The position numbers and the translations under genes are program-made. From Kiritimatiellia bacterium (GTDB lineage Bacteria; Verrucomicrobiota; Kiritimatiellia; RFP12; UBA1067), in contig JBMNFY010000017.1 of the NCBI GenBank assembly GCA_050949565.1, positions 1,344,001-1,408,000 of the forward strand: a DNA stretch of 64,000 bases, given 5' to 3'. This document shows, piece after piece, positions 49,506 through 58,676 of the stretch (position 1 is its first letter; each line of letters starts with the position of its first letter). Below the pieces are notes generated by a model. That model did no database searches. It was not told where the DNA came from and worked only from the letters and a program-made list of their open reading frames with translations.

Positions 49506-51219
49506 TCTCCCGCCACCTCTCCGGAAGCTACGCGCGTACCAGACGCGCACGATGGCCGATCTCATGCGCGAACTGAAACGCGCCCGCAAAGAGGTGCGCG
49601 CGGCGATCGCGCTGGCCGCGGCGAAGGCAAAGGCAGCATCGAGCGCGAAGGAACGCGAGGAACTGTACGCGGAGATCGAAGAGAAGTACAGGGAGCTGGC
49701 CGAAAACATTGATGCGCAGATCAGAAAACTGACCGGCATTGCGGCGAAGGCGGGACATGACACGGCGTTGGCGGACATTGCGGATCGCGCGAAAATAACA
49801 GCTTACGACCCGGAACGCGCCGAGCGTTATTTCCAGCTCGTCCACCCGTCTAACGCGCAAAATCTGGCAGCCGTGTTCACCGACCAGATGAGCAGGCGGA
49901 CGGTCGAATCGTTACGGTTCGCCGTTGTTGATGCGTTCCGGCGCGGCGCGATCGAGGGCCTGTCCGCCAACGAGATGCAGCGGGCGATCCGCGACAAATG
50001 GGACGCGCTCGCCGGCAGCGAAGACCCGTTCCGGTTTGTTGATCGCGCGGGGCGCCGGTGGGAGGGCGCGCGATACCTGCAGATGGTGACGCGCACAACA
50101 GCGCAGCGCGTGGCCATCGAGAGCAGCATCGACACTTTTACGGCCAACGGCTACGAGTTGGCGCAGATCAGTCGAGGCGGCGACGGCGAATGCCCGATCT
50201 GCGCAGCGTGGGAAGGGCGTATCATCCAGATGGCCGGAAAATCGAAACGCTGGCCGACGTATGCCGAGGCGCGCGCGGCGGGCATGTTCCATCCCAACTG
50301 CGTCCATCGGCTGCTTCCCGTGGACAGCCTGGTGGACGCAGACGAGATCGAGCAGCAGGGGCGGATCACCAAGCCGACGGCCGACCAAATGGCAGACCCG
50401 GAGTTCATGCAGGCGCAGCACGACCAGATCGACGAGGCGCGATACATGGCCACAGGATTGACGGAAGAGGACGCCAGACGCGCCGTGACCGCCGACCGGC
50501 TGGAGAAGGCAATCAGAAGCGGGACATTTTCCGACGCAGCAGCAGAGGCAGCACGCATGCTTTCGCCGGAGCAGATCGACATGATCAGAGAGCGCGGCAT
50601 CCCGAAGTTTGAACAGGCGCGAAACAACGAGCAGCCGGGGACAAAATTTCAAGGCCGGCTTTTGACACCGCGCAACCCAAACGCCGACGACATTTTGCGG
50701 GTGCTCGGGCTGCCCAAGAGCGGGGGCGACACATCTCCGAAGCCGACACCGAAACCCCCTCCAAGCCTGAAACGCCTGGAGGGGAAGATCGGCGACTGGA
50801 AATCGTTGGGACTCGAAAAAGGGGAGTCCATGAAGGCCGACAACCGCGAGCCGCTCGTATCGGCAAAAGATGCCAGAGCGCGCATCGCCGCCGGTGAGAG
50901 TGTCGAGAATCCGATCGGGGAAACGTTGGCGTTTGACACCGTGACGCTCAAGTACTTGCTGAAATCAGACAGGAAGCCAAGCGATGTCCAGAAACGTTTG
51001 GCCGAGATGGATCAAGCGAAGGCGACGGTGGCGGCTCCGCATGAAATCTGGAAAGACCCGAAGACGGGGCGCAAGAAGTACATCCGTTTCGTCAAGGGCA
51101 GCGGCGGCAACATAGTCGTCAATGTCGTGGATCACAAGGGCAGGCATATCTATAGCTGGCACACGAACGAGCGCAGCCTGAACCATTGGAGAAAAGGGAC
51201 GCTGGTCTACGTCAGGTAA
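49495..51219 (+). CDS. Minor capsid (MuF/Phage_min_cap2-like) protein fused to a C-terminal PBECR2-like ribonuclease domain
   Basis: DRAGRRW...Y.QMV.RT, CPICAAWEG and FHPNCVH MuF motifs; Pro linker; C-terminal P.EIW.D...KKYIRF...W.....L..WRKG.LVY. Confidence 0.8.
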   Translation: MPSSLPPPLRKLRAYQTRTMADLMRELKRARKEVRAAIALAAAKAKAASSAKEREELYAEIEEKYRELAENIDAQIRKLTGIAAKAGHDTALADIADRAKITAYDPERAERYFQLVHPSNAQNLAAVFTDQMSRRTVESLRFAVVDAFRRGAIEGLSANEMQRAIRDKWDALAGSEDPFRFVDRAGRRWEGARYLQMVTRTTAQRVAIESSIDTFTANGYELAQISRGGDGECPICAAWEGRIIQMAGKSKRWPTYAEARAAGMFHPNCVHRLLPVDSLVDADEIEQQGRITKPTADQMADPEFMQAQHDQIDEARYMATGLTEEDARRAVTADRLEKAIRSGTFSDAAAEAARMLSPEQIDMIRERGIPKFEQARNNEQPGTKFQGRLLTPRNPNADDILRVLGLPKSGGDTSPKPTPKPPPSLKRLEGKIGDWKSLGLEKGESMKADNREPLVSAKDARARIAAGESVENPIGETLAFDTVTLKYLLKSDRKPSDVQKRLAEMDQAKATVAAPHEIWKDPKTGRKKYIRFVKGSGGNIVVNVVDHKGRHIYSWHTNERSLNHWRKGTLVYVR

Positions 51220-51380
51220 AAAAATGGCGGGCCCCCTTTCAAGGTCCCGCCTGAAGGTTAGACTCGCGCCCCCTTCCATGGACACGGGGGACTGTGCCGC
51301 CCCCCCCCAGCAACATCCGGTCGCAGCCTGGCACGGCTACCGGATCGCCCCTTACGGGTAGTCGGAGACTTTCCCGTAGC
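51218..51380 (-). ncRNA. Candidate structured small RNA convergent with the MuF-nuclease gene
   Basis: Own promoter (TTGACA-N18-TATCTT with extended TG), four hairpins, and terminator GGCGGGACC-TTGAAAG-GGGGCCCGCC-ATTTTTTT. Confidence 0.6.
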
Positions 51381-51386
51381 AGTGTT

Positions 51387-51416
51387 AAGATAGCATTTAT
51401 CCGGCCTTTGTGTCAA
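51387..51416 (-). promoter_or_regulatory. Sigma70-like promoter, antisense to the late operon
   Basis: Minus strand TTGACAcaaaggccggataaaTGcTATCTT. Confidence 0.7.
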
Positions 51417-51529
51417 CCGCTGATTTTGACAAATTCCGCCCCGCGTTCCGCCCCCTTGATTTTGACGCGCCGGCCATAGTTGCACACTGTACACGCCGAC
51501 ACTCGCATGTCGTGTTGATTCCTTCACTA

Positions 51530-51570
51530 GCCTCCCCCGTCTGACCACAGGCGGGGGAGGTTTTTGTTTT
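51530..51570 (+). terminator. Intrinsic terminator
   Basis: CCTCCCCCGTCTG-ACCA-CAGGCGGGGGAGG-TTTTTGTTTT. Confidence 0.8.
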
Positions 51571-51587
51571 ACCGTATGGCCATAGCT

Positions 51588-52085
51588 ATGGACGTGATCG
51601 TAACAGGGACAGAGGAACTGCTCGCCGCATTAGACAAGTTGCCTGCGACAGCCCGGGCTGCGGCCGTACGCGGAATCACGCGAGCCACTACGCTCGTGTG
51701 GCGCGAATCGGTGAAGAACGCGCCGAGATCGCCGACGGCGGCGCAGAAGGCCAGATTCACGCGCAAGACGCGCCGCGACACATCGGCAAGACGAAAGGCA
51801 ACGGCGCACACACGCGCGAAACCGGGCGGTCTGGAACGCTCAATTTCGATGGACGTGAACGCATCCGCAATCGCGGGTGCGGTGTTCGTGGCTCGGAACG
51901 CGGAGGCCGGAAAGTACGCCAAGCGTATCCACGATGAAAAGGGGGCTTCGTGGCAGAACAGAGGCCCGGGAACAATCGCCAAGGGTCCGCGAGCAGACGA
52001 ACTGTTCATCTCCCGTGCGCTTGAAGATAACCGCCCGAAGATCGACGCGATCATGGCGGAAGAAATGCGGAAGGTGGACCTATGA
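51588..52085 (+). CDS. HK97 gp10-like tail completion protein
   Basis: V.G.EEL.AAL..L..., GGLERSI, YAKRIHDE and FI.RAL pattern. Confidence 0.7.
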   Translation: MDVIVTGTEELLAALDKLPATARAAAVRGITRATTLVWRESVKNAPRSPTAAQKARFTRKTRRDTSARRKATAHTRAKPGGLERSISMDVNASAIAGAVFVARNAEAGKYAKRIHDEKGASWQNRGPGTIAKGPRADELFISRALEDNRPKIDAIMAEEMRKVDL

Positions 52086-52555
52086 TTGACCCGGCATCAT
52101 TCGAGACGGCATGGACAGAGGCGGAGCGGCGCGCGTTCGAGGTGCTTATTGCAGCCGCAGGCGGCACTGAAAACCGCGACGCATTTCTCGGGCGCAACCC
52201 CGGCATCCTGAACGCCTGGCATTTTACGAGCCTCGACGTGACCAACATCGGCGAGAGCGTGCTGCTCGCCCGCGACCTCCCGTCCCTCGGCATCCCCTAC
52301 TACGCCGAGTGCGCGTACCTGAACCGCGACCGCTGCCAGGAGTGGGCGATGCGCGTGATCGCCGGACTGCCGCTGGTGCAGGATGAAATGTCGAACATCG
52401 CCTTGTTCCGGATCAACGGGATCGGCGGGATCGACCATATCACCGTGGACGTGCCGAACGAGAAGCAGCCGGTTGACGTGTGGGGCCTGCGCTTGACGTT
52501 CGATCTCGTGTTCGCTACCGGCGGCAAGCAGAACGCCGTCACGGCCACGGCTTGA
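52082..52555 (+). CDS. Putative tail terminator protein
   Basis: 157 aa, between the gp10-like gene and the tail tube; call from position. Confidence 0.45.
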   Translation: MIDPASFETAWTEAERRAFEVLIAAAGGTENRDAFLGRNPGILNAWHFTSLDVTNIGESVLLARDLPSLGIPYYAECAYLNRDRCQEWAMRVIAGLPLVQDEMSNIALFRINGIGGIDHITVDVPNEKQPVDVWGLRLTFDLVFATGGKQNAVTATA

Positions 52556-52584
52556 CGGCGCGGCCATAGGAAAGGAGAAAACCT

Positions 52585-53313
52585 ATGACCACAACCCCAA
52601 CTTTTTTCAGTCCCACCGACGCAATCGACATCAACACGCTGCTGGGGCTCGGCGAAACCGACCCGAAGTGGGTCATCCAGACCGCCGGACCCAGCACACA
52701 GAAAGACCGCGCGTCCGGGCTCGGCGCCGACGGCGATGAGGTCGCGAAAGAAGAATACAACAAGCGCAAGTCCGTCTCGCTGACCTACAAATGCTTTTCG
52801 GCGACAGGGAACCTGTCGCTCCCCTCCGCAGGCACTATTTCAGGCGGCTACCACATCGACAGCGTCGCTCTGGCCTATTCGCCGACCGACTGGCCGACGC
52901 TGACCGTGACCGCCCACAAGCACGACGACGGCGCGACGCACGCGGCCGATTCCTGCCGGACATACACGACCGACCTTGTGTTCCCCGCCCAGTTCGGAGT
53001 GCCGTCCTCGATCAGCGACGGGACAGCGACGGTCATGTTCGCGATGTCTGTCGCGGGGATCGGCATGCGCTCGCTGTCGTTCAGCCTCGCCTGCACCCAC
53101 GTCGACGAGCAGGGAAGCGCGGGCAACTGGCTGGCCGGCGAAAACCACGACGGCGTGGAAACACTAGACGCCGAGTTCACTGGTGTTCCGGCGAGCGGAG
53201 ATTTGACGATCCACGCCGACTGGACAATGACCAGTGACGGCGAAACGAGCGGCAACACGGCCGTGGATTCCCGCACCGTCTCGCTGACACGCCACATCGC
53301 CAAGGACGATTAA
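52585..53313 (+). CDS. Putative major tail (tube) protein
   Basis: Strong AAAGGAG RBS; Thr/Ser/Gly-rich beta protein; position. Confidence 0.5.
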   Translation: MTTTPTFFSPTDAIDINTLLGLGETDPKWVIQTAGPSTQKDRASGLGADGDEVAKEEYNKRKSVSLTYKCFSATGNLSLPSAGTISGGYHIDSVALAYSPTDWPTLTVTAHKHDDGATHAADSCRTYTTDLVFPAQFGVPSSISDGTATVMFAMSVAGIGMRSLSFSLACTHVDEQGSAGNWLAGENHDGVETLDAEFTGVPASGDLTIHADWTMTSDGETSGNTAVDSRTVSLTRHIAKDD

Positions 53314-53318
53314 TCGCT

Positions 53319-54047
53319 GTGATCGCAAAGCCGACCATTCATCCGATGGCCGAACAGCACCTGCGCGAACTGCGCGAGCGCTGGGGCATCGAGCCTGATC
53401 TGAGCGAGGCGCTCTGGATCGTGCAGCTTTGCGACAGGGTGCTCCACCCGACCGGCGACCGCGCCGACCTGTGCGGACTCCCCGTGCGGGCCGGCGTGTC
53501 CGATGTCTGGCTCTGGCCGGTCACGATAGGCGCAGGCATCTTTATCGAGGACAGGCTCCAGCGGTGGTACGGCGGCGACAACCGCCGTGGGACGCTCGCG
53601 CTGGCATGGGTGCTGGCACACGCGAGAGATTCTCAAGCCCTGCGGCAGGCGGCGCGCGGCAGGGAGTTCGCCGACGCGCTGATCGACGAATGGACCGCCG
53701 GGCTGACATGCACCGTCCCCGAGCTTGAGGTGGCGCTTGACGAATTGCTGCCGCCGTCCCCCGAGAAAAAAGACGAACAGGAACCGGCCGAACCGGCGGG
53801 CGCCAACTGGCCGGAGATCGTGCGCGAGCTTGAGGTCATCACGGGACTTCCGGCAGACCACTGGCTGTGGGACATCTCGCGCGACGGCACGGTCAGCGCA
53901 TGGCTGAAAGCGCGCGCGGTAGTCGCGGCGAAAGCCGGCGGTCCAGCGCCGCGCATGTTGTCAGAGATCGATGCCGCGCTACAGGATCTCGCCACTGCCA
54001 AAGCTGCGATCATCAAAGCGCACAAGGAAGCCGACAGTGAGCAATAA
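53319..54047 (+). CDS. Putative tail assembly chaperone
   Basis: Helical protein between the tube and tape-measure candidates. Confidence 0.45.
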   Translation: MIAKPTIHPMAEQHLRELRERWGIEPDLSEALWIVQLCDRVLHPTGDRADLCGLPVRAGVSDVWLWPVTIGAGIFIEDRLQRWYGGDNRRGTLALAWVLAHARDSQALRQAARGREFADALIDEWTAGLTCTVPELEVALDELLPPSPEKKDEQEPAEPAGANWPEIVRELEVITGLPADHWLWDISRDGTVSAWLKARAVVAAKAGGPAPRMLSEIDAALQDLATAKAAIIKAHKEADSEQ

Positions 54048-55368
54048 AGTCCTTGAATACATCATCCGCGCGATCGATAAGACACGCGGGGGAACCAGCT
54101 CGGCGCGGAAGAACGTCGAGGAAATGGCCGACGCCGGTGAGAAGGCATCGAGCAGGTGGGGCGACGCGATGGCCGGACTTGGCGCGAAGATCAGCCTCGT
54201 CACGCTGGCGTTCAAAGTGGGGTGGGACATCGGCAAAAAGATAAACGAATGGATCTCCCCCACTCAGCGGCTGGCCAAGGCATGGGAAAAGGTCGCCGAG
54301 CGCGCTAAACAGGCGCAACAATATATCGCTGGGCACATCCGAGAACTAAAAGAGGTGTTGCGGCAAGCAAGGGATGCGGATAATGCTGACGAACGGCGTA
54401 TTCGGAGGGCTGCAGATTTTAAGGTGGGCATGTTGAATGCAGACAAGACCAGCATCAGCCCAGAAGAGGCCGCCATTCGCAGGGATGAAGCCAGCTACCT
54501 CAAGAATCTGGCGGATCGCCGCGTCAAAGAAACTCAAAAACAACTCGATGAAGCGCGTCGTGAGCAAGAGCAGGCCAGAAGTAGAGCACAAAGCCTTGTG
54601 CGTCCAGAAGGCATATCTGATAAAGACTGGGAGACACGCAAAAAAAATGTCGTCACGGCAGGCAAGCTCGCGGATGAAAAGGTCGCACTCCTAGAAAAAT
54701 CGCTTGCCGAAGTTTCAGAAACGGCGGCAGAGGCGGAAGGAGACCTGATTCTCGCAGAAGCTAAACTTGCCGGCTCTATCAAGAAGAAAAATGAAGACGC
54801 GATCAAAGCTCAAGAGGCAGAGACTCAGAAACGGCTAAAAGCAGAAGAAGCTGTAGCCAAAAAACGTGAGGCGCAGCTTGCAAGAGAAGCCGAACTGATG
54901 CGTAGAGCAGCGGCAAAAGAAGCAGCCGAACGGGAGCGGGCGGCGATCAAGGCAGCCCAAGCCGAACATCGCGTCAGAGTCAACAACATCCGCAAAGAGA
55001 TAACCGTCTCGTCCGAGGCACAATCCCGCGCATCTGATCGGTTAGCCCGCGCGCAAACAGCGGCGCAGCAGGCGTGGCAGTGGTACCGCGATCCGGATGC
55101 GTTCGAGTCGCAGCTAAAAAGAGAACGCGAGGACGCCGACGCGGAGGCGCAGTTCCAGCGCGACTTCGAGTGGCTCAAAAAACAGCGCTACGGCAAATGG
55201 GGCGAACAGGACTGGAGGACAGCAGAATTGAGGGGCGAAAGCGAGGCGATCAAGCGTGTCGCGCTCGCACGCGAGGAACAGGAAAATGCGCGCAACGAGC
55301 TGAAAGAGATCGCGGCGAACACCAGGGGGCTTTCCGACAAGCTCGACGAAATCATGAGGGCTAAGTAA
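54037..55368 (+). CDS. Short tape-measure-like coiled-coil protein
   Basis: 'YIIRAIDKT' N-terminal TMP-like motif; Ala/Glu/Lys/Arg helical body; GTG start overlapping the upstream stop. Confidence 0.6.
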   Translation: MSNKVLEYIIRAIDKTRGGTSSARKNVEEMADAGEKASSRWGDAMAGLGAKISLVTLAFKVGWDIGKKINEWISPTQRLAKAWEKVAERAKQAQQYIAGHIRELKEVLRQARDADNADERRIRRAADFKVGMLNADKTSISPEEAAIRRDEASYLKNLADRRVKETQKQLDEARREQEQARSRAQSLVRPEGISDKDWETRKKNVVTAGKLADEKVALLEKSLAEVSETAAEAEGDLILAEAKLAGSIKKKNEDAIKAQEAETQKRLKAEEAVAKKREAQLAREAELMRRAAAKEAAERERAAIKAAQAEHRVRVNNIRKEITVSSEAQSRASDRLARAQTAAQQAWQWYRDPDAFESQLKREREDADAEAQFQRDFEWLKKQRYGKWGEQDWRTAELRGESEAIKRVALAREEQENARNELKEIAANTRGLSDKLDEIMRAK

Positions 55369-55787
55369 TGGGATGGATCGACCAGGTTTCATTCAGCATC
55401 GTCGAGCACAGCAAAATCCCGTCGCTATCGTTCCAGAGTCGGCAGGACCCCCGTGTGCGCGGCGAAACGCGCCATTACTACATCAACGGCGTCCAACAAG
55501 AGAGAACTTATACCGTCTGGGTCCCGTATGAGCAAGAGCAGCGGCGGTGGGTGAAAACGGTGACGGAAACAACGGTGTCAGAGGCTGTCGGGTTGACGCG
55601 GGCTGCGGCTCAAAGCTACGGACAAGAAAGCGGACAAATAAACGCCGGAACAGAGGAATGGTCGTCGACCTATTATACATCACAAAAAATGAACGATGCC
55701 GACGGATGGAAGGTTGTGAAAATCGAAACCACGGTGACTGTCACCCGTGGGCAATGGATGGACTATAATCCGCCGCCGGCGGGGTAA
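55368..55787 (+). CDS. Phage tail-region hypothetical protein
   Basis: Translationally coupled (TAATG). Confidence 0.6.
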   Translation: MGWIDQVSFSIVEHSKIPSLSFQSRQDPRVRGETRHYYINGVQQERTYTVWVPYEQEQRRWVKTVTETTVSEAVGLTRAAAQSYGQESGQINAGTEEWSSTYYTSQKMNDADGWKVVKIETTVTVTRGQWMDYNPPPAG

Positions 55788-55803
55788 CTTCGGGAGATCG
55801 TGA

Positions 55804-56220
55804 ATGATCAAGAAGGTAAAGCGCGGAGAGTTTCTGGCGACGGCCTGGGGGTCGCGCGACTACAACGAGGTCGCAGACTTTGTGAACGGTGCGGAGGGCG
55901 GCGATGGCGTAACAGTAAAGCGCGGCAAAAACGGCGGACTGCAGATCAACCTGGGAGACGGCTCGTTCCAGTTCAGGCATGTCACCATAGTCGATCAGAC
56001 GACGACCGGCGACGGGCGCAACGCGCTGGCGTTCAGGCGCGTCTGTGTCCTCTGCACGACGCCATCCGATCCATTCGCGATAATTCCGTTACCAAACACG
56101 GAAGCAGAAGAGGGCTGGAGCGTGACGCCGGAATTCAACTCTTATGACGAGCTCGTAAGCCTGACTTTCACGCAGGGCGAAACGGTAAAGGTTGTCGATG
56201 TTGAACCGTGCGACGAATAG
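55804..56220 (+). CDS. Phage tail-region hypothetical protein
   Basis: 138-aa ORF in operon with GGAG RBS. Confidence 0.6.
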   Translation: MIKKVKRGEFLATAWGSRDYNEVADFVNGAEGGDGVTVKRGKNGGLQINLGDGSFQFRHVTIVDQTTTGDGRNALAFRRVCVLCTTPSDPFAIIPLPNTEAEEGWSVTPEFNSYDELVSLTFTQGETVKVVDVEPCDE

Positions 56221-56233
56221 GGGGACGTTGTAA

Positions 56234-56677
56234 ATGGCAGAGCCGGGCGGTTCAAGTGCCCCATGCGGAGGGCTGAGACGGAATCAGGCGGGTGCCCTGC
56301 TCAGGAACGCCGTGACGGGGGCGTTGCTATCGCAATGCCCATCTGGCGGCGGTACGCCTCCCGATCCTCCTGAAACGAAGAGCTACAAGTGTTCGTGGAC
56401 TCAACGCGAGATTGTGCGTGCTGGTGTAGCGGGGCCGGTGATTTCCGAGTATAGCTTCGATAGAGATTATGTAGAAAGCGTCCGCGAAGATTTGTCGCCG
56501 AAGGAATTTGATATTGCGGTAGTCCAAGATCCAGATGGCACTGTATATTGGGCAACCGGATCGCTTTCGTTCAACGGAGATTTCACAATAACACCAAATT
56601 TCATTGAGTTCGACAGCGGACCTCTGCATCACGAGATAACCATGATCAACATCAGTAGTGTGCTGTGGGGATCATGA
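56234..56677 (+). CDS. Phage tail-region hypothetical protein
   Basis: 147-aa ORF in operon; lower-GC 3' half. Confidence 0.55.
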   Translation: MAEPGGSSAPCGGLRRNQAGALLRNAVTGALLSQCPSGGGTPPDPPETKSYKCSWTQREIVRAGVAGPVISEYSFDRDYVESVREDLSPKEFDIAVVQDPDGTVYWATGSLSFNGDFTITPNFIEFDSGPLHHEITMINISSVLWGS

Positions 56678-56874
56678 GCATGAAGGTCCGCGAGTGGATA
56701 GCTTTGACCGAGGCCATACGCGCGAGCGGCAACGCTGAGCTGAACAGATTGCTCGACAGGTATCACCGTAAGCTTTTTACGGACGACAAGACATGTTGGG
56801 TGGCCGGGGCTCGCAGACACATTGCGATGCGGGCGGCCGCGCTAGGGGTTACGAAAAAAACGAACTCCGTTTGA
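56674..56874 (+). CDS. Small phage hypothetical protein
   Basis: ATGA overlap with the upstream gene. Confidence 0.45.
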   Translation: MSMKVREWIALTEAIRASGNAELNRLLDRYHRKLFTDDKTCWVAGARRHIAMRAAALGVTKKTNSV

Positions 56875-56890
56875 CCGCGCGGCCAATAGC

Positions 56891-57859
56891 ATGAGAGCCA
56901 TTGCAATTTTCCTGACATGCGCCATGACGGCATGTGCCATCGCCGGGCGCGTCGAGCAGATCACGCTCGACCTCGAACGCCCGGCGCGTCCGTTCGCGCT
57001 GACGGTCACCGAGGCGACGGACGTAACCGTCCGCGCGAACCTGCTGTCGGCCGGAGCGGAGTTTGACCCGACCGGCTGGACAGGACTCCTGTGGATCGGC
57101 GACCGTGGCGGCGACGGCGGCGGCATGACGCTGACCAACGGCACGGCCGTCCACGGACGCATGACATGGGAGCTCGCGGCGGCATCGACGCCGACCAACG
57201 GCAGATACGACGCGATTGTCCTAGGGGCACAGGACGGGCGGATCGAAGAGTGGGGGCGCGGCGCGGCCGTGGTGCGGCTGAACCCGGCGCGCACGTCGCT
57301 CCCCGCCGAATGGTCGTACGGCGACCTCTCGTATGTGATCGCGACGCAGGCGCTCGCGGCCGCATCCGCCGCGGCGACCACGCAGCGGGTGGATGAGCTC
57401 GAAGCACTGCTGGCTGAGAGCTATATGCAACGAGAGGAATCGGACGCATGCTACATGCTCCGGACGGGGCGCGTCGATGTGGCCGGCGACTGGATGGTGA
57501 GCGTCCCGGGCGGATCGTCGTTGTCGTTGAGGTCTAGTCCGAGTCTTAATCTGATCGACACGAGCAACTCTAACTTGCGTCGTAGCGTGGCACTAGACAC
57601 GATGCGTTTAAGATTTGCGATAAGCACTATATCTCCTCCGTCTGGTCATATGTGGACGTACAGTTTTGCGCCCGGCAATCCAGACACAGTTATTCGCAGA
57701 GAGGACATGCCGGAGTTCACCGACCCGCTGGCGACGAAGGTGTACGTTGACAATTCGATTCTGAACATGTCCGCGCCGATGCTGATAATCGATGGAGTGA
57801 CATACCGGCAGTACTGGGACACGAACCTACTCACGACAGCATGGGAGCCGGTGCAATGA
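56891..57859 (+). CDS. BppU-like baseplate/fibre protein with N-terminal signal peptide
   Basis: MRAIAIFLTCAMTACAIA leader; 'FDPTGWT...G...WEL....T...GRY' BppU-N-like segment; short coiled coil. Confidence 0.55.
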   Translation: MRAIAIFLTCAMTACAIAGRVEQITLDLERPARPFALTVTEATDVTVRANLLSAGAEFDPTGWTGLLWIGDRGGDGGGMTLTNGTAVHGRMTWELAAASTPTNGRYDAIVLGAQDGRIEEWGRGAAVVRLNPARTSLPAEWSYGDLSYVIATQALAAASAAATTQRVDELEALLAESYMQREESDACYMLRTGRVDVAGDWMVSVPGGSSLSLRSSPSLNLIDTSNSNLRRSVALDTMRLRFAISTISPPSGHMWTYSFAPGNPDTVIRREDMPEFTDPLATKVYVDNSILNMSAPMLIIDGVTYRQYWDTNLLTTAWEPVQ

Positions 57860-58674
57860 GGCGAATCATTTTCATGATAGCGGCGTTGATCGCGGCGGGC
57901 GCGGCACAGGGGCAGATCAGCGGCGGGTGGTTTGACTTGACCGTTCACGACGCGGTGTTCGGCGACGGCGGCAGCAATCTCGTGTCGGGCACAATACACC
58001 CTCTCGGCGTGGTGCCCACGATGCAGGAATTTCGCGAGGCAGAGGCGGCGATCATCCAGGCCGACGCCGTGGCCACGCAGGCGCTCGCGATCGCGGTGGC
58101 GTCGAGCAACCGGGCGGCGACCGCGTGGCACGACGTGGCGGATCTCACGTCGAACGGCGTGTGGGAGATCGCTTTTACCATGAGCGCTCTGCGGGGAGTC
58201 GGCGCGGCGGACGACATCGCCAGCGAGACGGTCGGGTTCAGCGTCGAGGACACGGCGGACGGGCGGCAGTGCCACATCATCCAGTGGTTCGCCGAGGTTC
58301 CTCCGCAGATGCCTGATTTTGTCGCCACGCACACGACCAACCTGCTCGAAAACGGGTTCGAGGAAATCACGGTGACGAACACGTTCCCGAATCAAATCGG
58401 GACACCGGCAGACTACGGGAAAACGGGCGGCGCCTGCTACCGCGTGACGGCGACCGTCCCGTTGTCTTGGGGGCAGTGTTTCTTCAAACTGCTCGCAACC
58501 GGATTCGTGATCCGGGGTAACGCGCTGCCCATCGTGCGCGGCGTAGCTGGAGGCGCGCATCACGACATAGTCGCACTCGACGCGGTGGGCTTGACCAACG
58601 TCGTTTTGAACATCCGCGGCGGGTTCGCGGTGGATACCAACAACCCGCTCGTGATCATGATGATGGAACCGTAA
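57856..58674 (+). CDS. Phage hypothetical protein with signal peptide
   Basis: MRRIIFMIAALIAAGAAQG leader; ATGA overlap. Confidence 0.65.
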   Translation: MRRIIFMIAALIAAGAAQGQISGGWFDLTVHDAVFGDGGSNLVSGTIHPLGVVPTMQEFREAEAAIIQADAVATQALAIAVASSNRAATAWHDVADLTSNGVWEIAFTMSALRGVGAADDIASETVGFSVEDTADGRQCHIIQWFAEVPPQMPDFVATHTTNLLENGFEEITVTNTFPNQIGTPADYGKTGGACYRVTATVPLSWGQCFFKLLATGFVIRGNALPIVRGVAGGAHHDIVALDAVGLTNVVLNIRGGFAVDTNNPLVIMMMEP

Positions 58675-58676
58675 CG

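Noticed and set aside
51258-51548. Small ORFs 51294-51479 (+) and 51258-51548 (-) as toxin immunity proteins
   Set aside because: No RBS, low-complexity translation, and they overlap promoter and terminator signals; the ncRNA reading fits better but is unproven.
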